Source: Daphnia carinata
Taxonomy: Eukaryota
Assembly: GCF_022539665.2 (NCBI RefSeq)
Contig: NC_081332.1
Coordinates: 3,286,001-3,350,000 of the forward strand
Length of the DNA: 64,000 bases
Direction of reading: 5' to 3'
Shown: one piece after another, positions 52,740 through 64,000 of the stretch
Layout: each line of letters opens with the position of its first letter
Numbering within the stretch: position 1 is the first letter of the stretch
Translations under genes and position numbers: made by a program
The notes under the pieces: model-generated
What the model saw: only the letters and a program-made list of their open reading frames with translations
Database searches by the model: none
Told to the model about the DNA's origin: nothing

Positions 52740-55700
52740 CTAAAAAAAAATTGTATTTAAAAATAAATAAATATTTAGAAATGTTTGTTTGTAAAATAAC
52801 AAGGTTCAACTCAGTAGAACAGTTCACATAAACAAATTCTATTTCTACCATCACATTACCAATGTTTGATAATGTTCCATTCATCTAAGTCGTCTAGATA
52901 TATAGCGACAGAACAACCAGACAGGAAAGAAAGAAAGAAAAAAATTAATAGAACGCGAGATGGATGTGTTCTACATGAAGTTGATGAGGCGACACAGACA
53001 CAATAGTCCGAGCTGTCCCTAACCCAGAGCTACAACGCATCGAATGAGAGCAGCCTAAATAAATAAACACTTGAGAGAGCCAGAAGAACAACGATGAAGG
53101 AAGGTGACATTGACGAGTCCAGGAAAAATAGACAAAAAAAGGGCCGCCACACTGGGAGCAAAAAAAAAAAAAAAAAAAGTTGAGCTCCTGTAAAGCTACT
53201 ACTATTCCATCATCAGTCAGCACGAATCAAGAAGAGTGGATAGCCCTGTTTTTGTTCATTTCTCTTTCTCTCTCTCGCTGCCTGGGCTTGTGCCCGGACT
53301 CCTGGTCTCCACTCAACCGGAGCTGTTTTTGTTTTTGCCGCCACGCACGCCTTCCTACGGAATTCCTTTTTTTTTTTTTTTTTTTGTCCATTTTTTTTTT
53401 TTTTTTTTTTCGTGTGTGTTACGAGCGAGCCCATCATCATCAACGGATTTGGCTGCGTTTGGGGGGTGCGTGACTCTCTTTAGCTCACGTTATGGATTGG
53501 ACTTAACGCATTCCTCTCTCTCTTCATTTTTGTGTTTCCCCTCTCGGGTTGAGTGGGTTGGTACTTAATTGCTGGAGGGAAACCGTTGTGGGGGTCATTG
53601 CGAGTGTCAAGTGTATGTGGATGGATGGAAAAAGAGCCGGAATATTAGATTCTTTTGTCTCTCTGAGTGTGCCACGACAAGCGAAAGGAAACAAAACGAA
53701 ACAATGATTATAATAAAAGTAAATGCCAAAACATCAGAACAACAATTGAAAAGAAAAAAAAAGAGAAACGTGTGAGGCTTTGTTACAAAGAGAAGAAGAA
53801 GAAGAAGGAAAAAAAAAAAAAGAGATTTCCGTGATGATACGGGCGTGACTTTTCTCTTTTGTCATCCAACAACAACATGCAAATTGGGCTGACATTGGAC
53901 GCGTGCAACGATCCAAGACAGAGAACAGGGTAGTACCGATCACGGATCGCTAGTCAAGAATGTTTTTTTTTTTTTTAGAAAAAGAAAACCGGTAGATATT
54001 TCCATGTCCGTCACTTTCGTCAGCTCTTTTTCCAACATGCATTTAAAAAAAAAAATTCAGTTTGATAGACACATTGTGCGGGTATCGTTAAATTCATTCA
54101 CGTAATGCGTCATGTAAGAAAAAAAAAAGAAACGTGCTGATCTCGTGAGAAAAAAATCGCAGCGGTAGGCACTTAAAAAAGGAAAAGAAAAAAACTTATT
54201 TATTCTTTCTCGAAATGCATTCCAATTCTAGCGGATGAAAAGAAGCAGAAGCAGAGAAAAGAAATAGATGATGATGGAGAGGCGATACGGAAGCCTGGCC
54301 AGACAGGCCCGACAGTAGGCTCTTTTCTTCACCTTACACGCATGCGTGATTGAACCTTTCCCCCACTCCCGTCTTTCCTGTTGTTGTTCGATGATGTTGC
54401 ACTATTTTCGACTATTATGGCGAACGTTTGGAGGTTTTATGTGCTGACAAGCCAAATGCAATTTCAACATTTCGATTGATATTTGAATTCGTCTCGTATA
54501 CGTTCCCCTTTTTCTTTTCGATTGCGACCTTGTCGTCATAAAAGCCATTTAAACCTCTCCTAATGCATTTGCCGTACGTGTATGTAAAGAAAGATTGACA
54601 GGCTTTAATACACGACGAACAACAAGTTGTAAATGTCAAACGGCAAAGCCTTTTTTTTTTTCTTTTCCCGGGAAGCGAACGCATCGTTGAAAAAGGGGTG
54701 GAATAAATAAAACAAGAGTCGGCGTGAACGATTCCTTCACGCACCAGCACTTTTTCTAGGTATACAACACAATCCCTACGCCGGAATGTCGGCCGTTCAG
54801 GAATGTTACAGGGGAAACAACAATCTCAATTTGATTTTGTCCCTTTCTTTTTAAAAGCGACAGTAAAAATTCCTAGAGCCCTCTAGTTTCGATTTTTAAA
54901 TATGGAGGGGGAAAAAAATGTGTGATGACACGAGCCAATAAAAAAAATCGACCGTGGAGCCCAAAAGTTCATTATACAAAGAAGAAAAAATTCTGCAGAA
55001 AAACGATATTGCTTTCGACCCTAGATGGATGGTTAGTATTTTGTTTCACGACGTTTAAAACATTTTTTTTTTTTTTTTTTTTTAACTTCCCTATTCGTTT
55101 TGTTTCCCCTCTTTTGTTTGGTTTTTTTTCCATGTTATTGTTGTTGTTCATTTTTTTAACGATGTGCTAAACTTCGTCACTACCCCCCCTATATTTTCTT
55201 CGTGTATTTTTTTTTTACTATTCCAACCGAAAAAAAAAAAAAAACCTGGTCCGTCTGTTTATGTGTTCCAGTCCAAACATGGCGTGTTAGAAATGGGAAT
55301 TTTCCTACGAAACACAAGAAGAAAAAAAAAGTCACAACCACTTCATTGTCTCGTTTCGCCATTATTTTTTTGTTTGTTTCAAAATGCGATAGACTTAGAA
55401 ATACATCATGTTTGGTATACCTGCCTTGTTTTGAAATCTTTACGTAACTCTTCCCAACAAGCTATAGATTTTTGCATACACGAAATAACTGTCGTACACA
55501 GAAGCTACAGAAAAAGAAAAGACCCGAAATAAAAAAAAAAAAAAAAACGAGAGGAAAAATTGATAACGGAAAGTCAAGGGCACAAAGAAAAAAAGTTAAG
55601 CAATCACTCTTATGCCTTCGCCAACGTCAAGGACCACTTTAGTAAGATTAGATGCCTCTTTTTTTTTTATTCTAACACTATCCCGACTACTTTCCCTATT

Positions 55701-57974
55701 CTTCTCAATGGAACTATAACATCCGATCTACACGTTTCAACTTTAGCCTCAGCTTCTGTCTGCAATTTCTCTCGTCAGACTTGATGTTAAGTCCCAACAC
55801 TGTTGTTGTCGTACTACTCTTCATTTTCTGGCCTTTATCGATTTGCCTTTCTTCGTTGGTGACATTCGATTCTCACACATTCGCAGGCAATCCCCCTGTT
55901 AATATATTCCCTTCGTCCTTTCTCCATTTCATTTGAGAATGTATTGCTCAGTACTTTCCATCCGGATTGGATGGAATTCGATCGCTTGCATTTGTTAGCA
56001 AAAGGATCGACTGTTTGACTCGCGATGAAAAAGTCTTGGGCTACATCCACCACGTCGTCTTCTTTTACTATCCAAACACCAACGAATGGTGGCGAGGTCA
56101 GCCACAAAAGAAAGTAATGGAACGTGTAGTAGGGGAGTGTGCAAACGTTAAAACGAATCGATAGAAGCCCAGAGACGTTGGCGAAACAATTCACAAAAAT
56201 AGAGCCCCAAATAAATGGCCAATAAAACTAGGAAAAAATAATAATAATAAAAGAGACGAACGTACACTGCACGTTTCACGTAAAGTCCGGCGAGAAGGCC
56301 AATATTGCCGCAAGAAATCAAAGCAATTGAGACGGGAGGTAAAAAGAAAATTCACTCGTTTTTCGTATCCAAACTCAATCTGCTAAAGTGCGCGTTTGAA
56401 ACAAATAGTTGGGGTCGAAAGGACAGCTTGAAGTAGATGCGCTAACACAACAGAGGGTCAAACAATCATCTAAGAAAGAAAAAAAAAGGGCCGAGTTTCT
56501 ACTACGCGTGTTTGTAAAAAGCGGCCGCTGTCGGGAGAAACTTTAAAGAGAGTTTCATCAAAGAAAGTCGACGACTTTTCTGCCCTTTTGACAATAACAC
56601 ATGAAAAAGAAACACGGCAGCTCATCACCTGAATTAAGACGGTCACGCAAGAATTATGCATTATAGCCTACTTGATATACAAGCAGATGAATCATCTTTT
56701 TTTTTGTTTTGTTTTGAGCGTGAGTGATTCTTTTCATATGTTTCCCGAGCCTACGAAGAATCCTCAAGAGTACTGCACACACGCCCAATTTAAAGGTTTC
56801 ACACTCCCCGTGTTCTCCTTTTATTTTATTTTTTTTTTCCCTGTTGTTTGGTTGCGCCTTTTCAACAACATCGTCTATCTACCTCCTGTTCCTCCTACGT
56901 CTTCTTCTTCCTTCTTTTATCCAATTACATTTGACACCGGACGGCCTGCTGGCCAAAAAAAAAAAAAAGAAAGAAAGAAAGAAAGAAAACCACAGCCAAG
57001 AGAGTAAGAGATAACGCGATAGTTCCATTCATTACAACAACGTGTCACGGTCAAGAGTTCCGGCGGGATTGCACGTACAATACAATAAATCAACGAATCG
57101 GAATCACAGGCAGCAGAGGCGCCACTGGTGTGGTACACATCATCCCCTTCGTTTCTCCCAAACACACAAAACTAAACGCAGTAAACAATCGAGCGGAGAA
57201 AGAAAAGTCTGGTGGCAGCTTTATTTCCTATACTACGCCGTCATACAATCAAAAGAATATAAACCGGCCGGGCCGGTTATCTCACTTTGGCTGGGCTGGT
57301 TTTTTTGTTGTTGTTGTTGTTGTTGTTGGCTTTGATTACAAGGCATGGTTTCCCTTTTCTCTCGTAAATGGGGTGTCTATTAAATAAGATTGCAAAGCCA
57401 CACCACACGCAACAATCCATTGATCCGGTAAACACGTTAACAAGATCGCAGGGATTTTTGGTTTTTAAACAACAAGAGGTCACAGATAAGAATCCCCCAG
57501 ATTTCGTCTAATCGAATCAAACGATTAATTAAAATCCAATCAAGAAGAGAAAAAAAAAAAAAAACGCTTCCTTTTGATACATTCGGCCCAGCTGCTCGAG
57601 GCGGGCACAAATGTGTACATAAAAAAAAAAAAAAATAGAGGCAAGAAAAATAAAAAGAAACGAGGGCTGTGATCTCCAACCGCGAGAGACAATTAGTGGG
57701 TGGTGGTCTTAGAATAGCCAGAAAGACTCTCTGTTCTTATCTCGCGAACGAAAACGCTTTGGTAGCGAGGGGGGATTATTACCATCGGTTCGTCATTAAT
57801 TCTCTCCAAAAGACACATTCCTACTACAGTCGCCATCAACAAACAAACAAGAAAAAAAAATTAAGGGCTAGCTACTTCCCCCCTTTTTTTTTTTTCTCCA
57901 GCTGCTGTTTGAAGGAAGTCAAAAACATACGGCGGAACTGGGACAACAAGAAAAGATGTAAGAGATGGATTTAC

Positions 57975-58212
57975 CTGGATGATTGGGCGCGACGACGTGG
58001 TTGTTGAAAGGTTCGGCGTTCAAGTAAGACGGCTGCTGTTGAGCAGCTTCAATGTGCAACGGTTCACGTTCGTCAGACGACGACGAAGCCGAATCTTCCG
58101 TGTGCTCCTCCGAGTCTTCTTCTTCCGAACGCCACTGCAGCTCACAATGAACTGTTGAAGAGGCAAGGGTCGCCGTTGTTGGTTGATGGCGCCGACCGAT
58201 CAAATCAGCCAT
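57975..58212 (-). CDS. Ten-a: Teneurin coding exon 1 (MADLIGRRHQPTT...SEEEDSEEHTEDSASSSSDE...VVAPNHP), intracellular domain
   Basis: ATG in AAACATGG context; acidic/Ser-rich ORF; donor CAG|GTAAAT in phase 1 matches the next exon. A possible TAG acceptor at 58247-58249 means the true start could lie further upstream. Confidence 0.65.
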
Positions 58213-58967
58213 GTTTGGCCCGCATACAACACATGAAAATGTTTGCCTATCCACACAGCAGCAACGACACTGCGCTTTTTGGATGGATGGATGTTTTTTT
58301 TGTTTGTTTGTTTTTTTTTTCAGTTGGAGCCAGGAAGTTCAAAATCGCCAATCTGATAAAAAAAAAAAAAAAAAGAAAAAAAGAAAACAAATAGTTTAGC
58401 ATGGAGGGTATTTGAAAACGTTGCAACAATAGAATTCAAGAAATATCGATCGTCTGCTGTTTCCGTCACATGTAACGGGCGCCTGAACGAGTGGCCCAAC
58501 ACCTTGAAAGGCAGCCCTGCAGCTGCGTTTCTTTTTCTCTAGATCGTGCATTGTTTATTTCCACTTGTTCAATCTGGCCAAATGACTTGGTGGTAATCAT
58601 TCTCTGTTGGGGCCGACATGAGCACACGTTTGGCGTAGTAAATCGAAAACAAAACAACTCGGCGAAAAATATAAAAACAACAAATGGAATGAAAATGATG
58701 ATGATGATGCCAACAAAATAAAAGAAAAAGAAAATATATGAGGGCTTTTTAGACACTATGCCAGTTCGTATTTTAGCTAGAGGGCTGAAAAAACGTGCCG
58801 TGGCTAAAAGCCAGTCCCCATAACAGAAGAAAACACGTCCGTATGATTAACATACTTGTGTTATGGAAAAACGAGCGAGAATGAGAAAAATGGGGGGTAC
58901 AAAAATAAAAAAGAAGAAACGGTGGATTTAATTACAAACGGATGACATATGCTGGTATCCTTTTATG

Positions 58968-59007
<40 letters not shown>

Positions 59008-62000
59008 TGGTGTGTTTGTCCGTTCTATCTGCCAACTGGTTTCTCTCTTGGCATTCTCCGTGACTTGTAGACTAAACCGTATCGCTTTACGCGTTGTCAT
59101 CATCATTATCACAGCTGAAAACTAAAGCGGCACTATAGTCCAACTACTAGCCACATCGGTTATTATTCAACAAAAAAAGATATCGTCATAGGAAAGCATC
59201 TCTTGTTTCGAAAAAAAAAAAAAAAAAATAACATCCAAGTCGCACGAGCTATTTTGACAACGAGTTTGATGGATAGCAGTACAGTGGGGAGGGTGCGTAG
59301 TTAGCATAATAATGTTGACATTGTTACTATACCAACACACCTTGCAGAAACGGGGCCATGTCAGGAAGGAAACACGACGACATGGACAGCTATTAGACCG
59401 ATACAAAAGAGTGTCTGCAGCATTGAAAAGAAGGGTCCAATGTACACATACAACAAAAAAAAATAGAATAAATATTTTGCCATCTATTTTGCTTCTTTCA
59501 TCACATCCTCCCCAACGGTACAAAAAAAAAGGACCCGTTTTTTTGGTGGGGACAAATGACGACCTACGTATTCTTTAAAAAAAAAATGTACTATACTGGT
59601 GTAACGTTGGAGGCGATGGCATAATCATACGATGACGGAAAAGGCGGATAGGGGATGGATTGTATACGGACAGCTGCAGGACCTGATGACTCATCTGATG
59701 AGACCTCACTCCCTCACAGTAAAAAAAGAAACCCGAGAATCTTATTCGCTTAAAACAGGATCACTAGGTTAACGTTTCTTTCCCTATATTATTAAGATAC
59801 GCATTTTGTTTTGTTTGAAGCTGAAAACATTTTTTTTTTCTCCTTTGATTTCAAACTTCGTCAATAAGAAATGCAGAAAAACACGTTCTTCGATCGGTGT
59901 AACGAGAACGCCCGCACGTTCGAATCCGTTCGTTATAGTTTGTGTGTAACAGGCCTACTGAATCTCAAACATCGGGAGCATCATTAAAATCGCACGCCTC
60001 AGTTACTTCTTTGCCACACGTTTTTCAGATCCGACGTGACTTTCACGCTTAACAAAGAAACAGATGGATCTATTTCGGGGTCCGTGGTGTTGGAAACACA
60101 ACACCCACCAAAAACCAAACACATGTACACATAGAGCGACGGGAAAACTGGAACTGATGGATCGTTGTTAAATCCCGAACGTTAAAAAAAAAAGACAAGA
60201 AAAATGAGAATAATAATAAATAAACTAAATCATTTTATCCTTAAGACTCTACAACACGCTTTATAGTTTTTTTTTTTTTTTTTTTTTTAAATCAACAATT
60301 ACGACTGTGGTGTGCTAGTTGTTTACGGGCTCTACAAACAGACAATACCGCCATGGAATAATAAAAAATACAACAAGATGGATGGTGCTCGTCACGGAAC
60401 CTAACGCGCATGTAGAGAAGCTCCGCTGCTTTAGGGGTTACAAAATGAAACCCGTGAAAAACAGAGAAAGCTATTGTGTAAAATAAAAAGAATTGGAACA
60501 ACGTACCAAGTTTTAAAAAAAAAAATGGTTTAGAGATCTTAACAGAAAAGAAAAACGATAATTTCGAGACGTAGGATTGTTGTTGAGGCACATTGCGATT
60601 GTCGTGAACGAAAGAAAAGTATCGCCATCAAAGAGAAAATAATAAAAAAAAAACAAACGGGAAATTGAAGTGGGACGTGAGGTCCACCATTACCCTCACC
60701 GAACGGTCCACTAACATTATCAAACACACAGAGGTAACAGCAGAGCCCCACGATTGGCCTCCGTCATCTCAGCCCCCTAGTATAAAAGTAGCCTAATAAT
60801 AGTCCAACTCCAACTGGACCTTTAGAGTTCCCGACCAGCAAAACAACAAAAAACTTGCCCGTCTTTTTATTTGCCCAATTTATTTTGTTTTCTTTCATCT
60901 CAACTTAGTGTAATCATAACTAATAATAATAACTATAAGCCGCAAGATGTATGAAAAAATGCTATACAAGATCCTTCCCCTTGGCCTTAACAAACAAAAA
61001 AAAAATGCCATCATCATCCGGAAAAGAATCCACGACTTTTTTTTTTTTTTCTTTTTGCGCTCGCTACATAATTGAGCTCTTCCCTGCCCCTGAGGACCTC
61101 GTTATGGAACTGTGTGACGTTGGCTTGATATCCTCGTGTGCGTTCAAAAGACAAACAGAGAGAGAAAAAGCTGGACTCGAAAGTTGTGTGCAAACGGGCT
61201 GCTGCAGCTGCTGCCTCAGACGTCAAACGGTTTCCCAATTGTTGGCGGCTAAGAGAAAAGCCGATCCATCACGCATTTTCTGCTAGCGTGTTGGAGGAGG
61301 AATGAAAACACCCTCCCTCTCTCACTACCCCTGACAAGAAACAACAAGACAGATACTCTCCAAATCCAATTCAAACAACAGCAAACAGGAAGAAAAGAGA
61401 GGGAACAAAAAAAAAAAGTAATATTGTGTATGCATTACCCGGCAATCATTTGCATCTCATTATTCTCTCTGTAACTCAGGCAACCATAAATGGCATTTTT
61501 TTTTCTTTTTTTTTTTCGCTTTACAAAACAAAGTCGTCGAAAAAAAAAAGCGGGTAGAGTCACGACGACGATTTTCAGCGTTCAAATTCTCATGACAGGA
61601 CCGTTTATAATCAGCTTACGTAAGCCTTGATATTTACAACCGTATTACTCGATGGAAACGACGAGCCATCAGTAAAACGGAAACTTGTGCCCGCCAACTA
61701 ATTAGGACAAACATCGGGCCAACTTGCACGTTTAACAAATTGTCAAATCATTTTCCAAACTTGTTCGCCATCCAGTTTTCCAATAACACAATAAACTACC
61801 TAAAATGCTCTTTCGCATTTCCGACGAAATTAAACTACAAAAAAAAAAAAAAAGAGAGGCTAATAATGAGGTACAAAAACGAGTCGTCCTGCAATTCTGC
61901 AATGACACACACGTGCATGACTTAAATAGGGGATCGGGAAAGTGATGCTGCTGGATCGAAGAGCGTATGTGCCAGATGGCGAGACGAGATAAATGAGACT

Positions 62001-64000
62001 CGAGTGGTTAGGGCGTTGACGTTCGAGGACACATATCATTGGCAATGCTGTGTTCACTGACCGTGCGTAGAGAATTCGCTGTTGAATGAATCTTTCAAGT
62101 ACCTCACCATAGAGAAAGTGACGCATTAAAGTAACATCAAGGACAGAGTGCAGTCTCTTATGTCTCGCCGTGAAATCGGAATTCAATTACGTTGCCAACG
62201 GCGCGGCAGACTAGGTACAATGCGAAGGGGGGGGGGGGGCGAGGTATTAATGAGAGCCAGGACTGATCAGTTTAACCAAAGCACTTTCGTATCACCTACC
62301 CTTCCACCTAAATTGCAACATCTACTTTTTTCGCAAACGGGGGAGGGGGGGGGGTGACAAGAAAACGATTTTAAAATGTGTAATAAGATTTTGTGTACGC
62401 GTGTGCCAATCGATGCTATTTTTGCCTTCTTTGTCTGTTCTTATCAACGTCTTGGAAAATTTAGCGCAATCATGGACATCATTGTTCTGCGATTGGCTTG
62501 GCTAATTGTTCGTTTTTTTTTGTGAAATCTTTTTAAAAAGGAAATGCGACAGGCCTTTCGACAGACTGTTACGAGGAGAAAGGCAATAATAAAAGAATCT
62601 TTTTCGAGTTCAAACGTTATGAAAGGCATTCCATTCGATAAAAAAAAAAAAGAAAAGAAGAACACGATAAGAGACAATAATATTGCCAGAGTTCAAATTG
62701 TTGCACTGTCATCATCATCATCGTAAAGTTCTTTGTATCAAAGAGCGAGATGAAGAAACAGTCCTTTTTGGAATCATCTCCTCGTCGGCCATTTTACCCT
62801 TTTTTTTTCTTAGGGGTCGTGTTAAAAATAACATCAATAAATAAAAGCGAGATAAAGTGTGTGGTATTATTAGGCGATTCGATTCGCTAGCCGACCTAAC
62901 AAAACGACCGAAATCAACCGTGAAATCAAAGAAATCATTGTTCTCTAATAGCTCGTATAACCCCTTTCCTTTCGAACGAAAGGACTTAAGAAAAAAAAAA
63001 AAAAAAAAAAGTTTTTACTTCATTATGAATGTTCAAAGAATAGCCGCAGGGAAGGTGAGTTGTAATGCGTACCAATAAAGTCTCGGTGCAAGAGTGAAAA
63101 TTCATGTGGAGCGCGCCATCCGGCCTCTTTTTTCGAGGACGGGATTTCCGTTTTTGGGTGGTGGACCCAATCAAAATTATGGCCACCTTTTTTTTTTTTT
63201 TTTTAACAGCCATCCCAAGAAAACGTACTCCAATTTATCCCTAGATCTCAATGTCCCTTTTGACGGCGACCATATTAAAAATCAATTCCCATTGCGTCTG
63301 GAGACCATACGGTGCAGTAATAATGCAATCAAAAATGTACTACCGTTGCCTCCCAATACAAAAAAAAAAAAAAAAAAAAGAGAGAGGGGAAGGAAAAAAA
63401 ATGAAAAGCTTTTCGATGTGTGGTACACCCACTGACGTCATAGCACACCAAGGAAAGTGGAGTCATAGAGTTTGCGAGTAATGATTGCGATACGGCTAAA
63501 AACAGACTGCATTTCTATTTTTAAAAAAGCTCTCCGCTATGTCTGCTTGGGTAAAAGCATTTAAAACAAGGAGCTTTCATAATTTTCAAGGGAAAAAAAA
63601 AAATCATTTTCGAATTCGACCGAATGGATTCTAAGCTGGATCGTTCTGTAGGCGTACACTGCGAGAGCAGCACCTTTGATGTTGCGCTTCTTTGTTTAGC
63701 GAGGGAGGGGGCGTACACAGTCAAAAGTAAAACGGTAGTCTATGATGATGAAAAAAAAGAAGCACTCGACACACCTAATCCGATTAACTATTCCATCACT
63801 TGGGGAAAAAAAGAACGAAAGGCAGCCCCAAGAAAGAGAAAAAAGAGGCAGAACAACATTTTGTTGCGAAAATGTTAGTATTCACAAAAGATAGGTATAC
63901 GAAAATCCAATTAGAAAAAAAAGCTCCGTTCCTAACCCCCAGAAGGAAAAAAAAAATCAATTTCGATCAGTGTTGGGTTTTCACACGCGCAACAGTTAAC

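Noticed and set aside
59885..59935. tRNA B-box-like GTTCGAATCC
   Set aside because: No proper T-stem, the A-box-like segment is too close, and no cloverleaf can be folded.
60771..60830. TATAAAAG box on the plus strand as a divergent promoter
   Set aside because: No supporting downstream gene or clear initiator, and the motif is common in AT-rich DNA.
61860..62186. 108-aa minus-strand ORF in a homopolymer-poor patch as a nested gene or transposon fragment
   Set aside because: No recognisable domain, terminal repeats or splice signals.

Overview
Eukaryotic, intron-rich DNA with many homopolymer runs; an arthropod is likely, and the style is consistent with a Daphnia-like crustacean (inference only). 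The window is occupied by the 5' portion of one minus-strand teneurin gene of the Ten-a type. I could join 14 coding exons by hand, all at GT-AG junctions with matching phases, from a candidate ATG at 58212 to the window edge at 1. This gives about 1,126 codons: a ~490-aa low-complexity intracellular domain, a type II transmembrane helix, a furin-site-containing Ig-like region, an EGF stalk, the Cys-rich region and the start of the transthyretin/carboxypeptidase-regulatory-like domain. The gene continues past coordinate 1. The most unusual feature is that only six EGF repeats are visible instead of the canonical eight, and the second odd-cysteine dimerisation repeat (EGF5) appears to be absent. 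A phase-compatible candidate alternative first exon sits at 20389-20569. Nearly all other ORFs in the track are spurious products of homopolymer and microsatellite DNA. I found no CRISPR array, RNA gene or recognisable mobile element.
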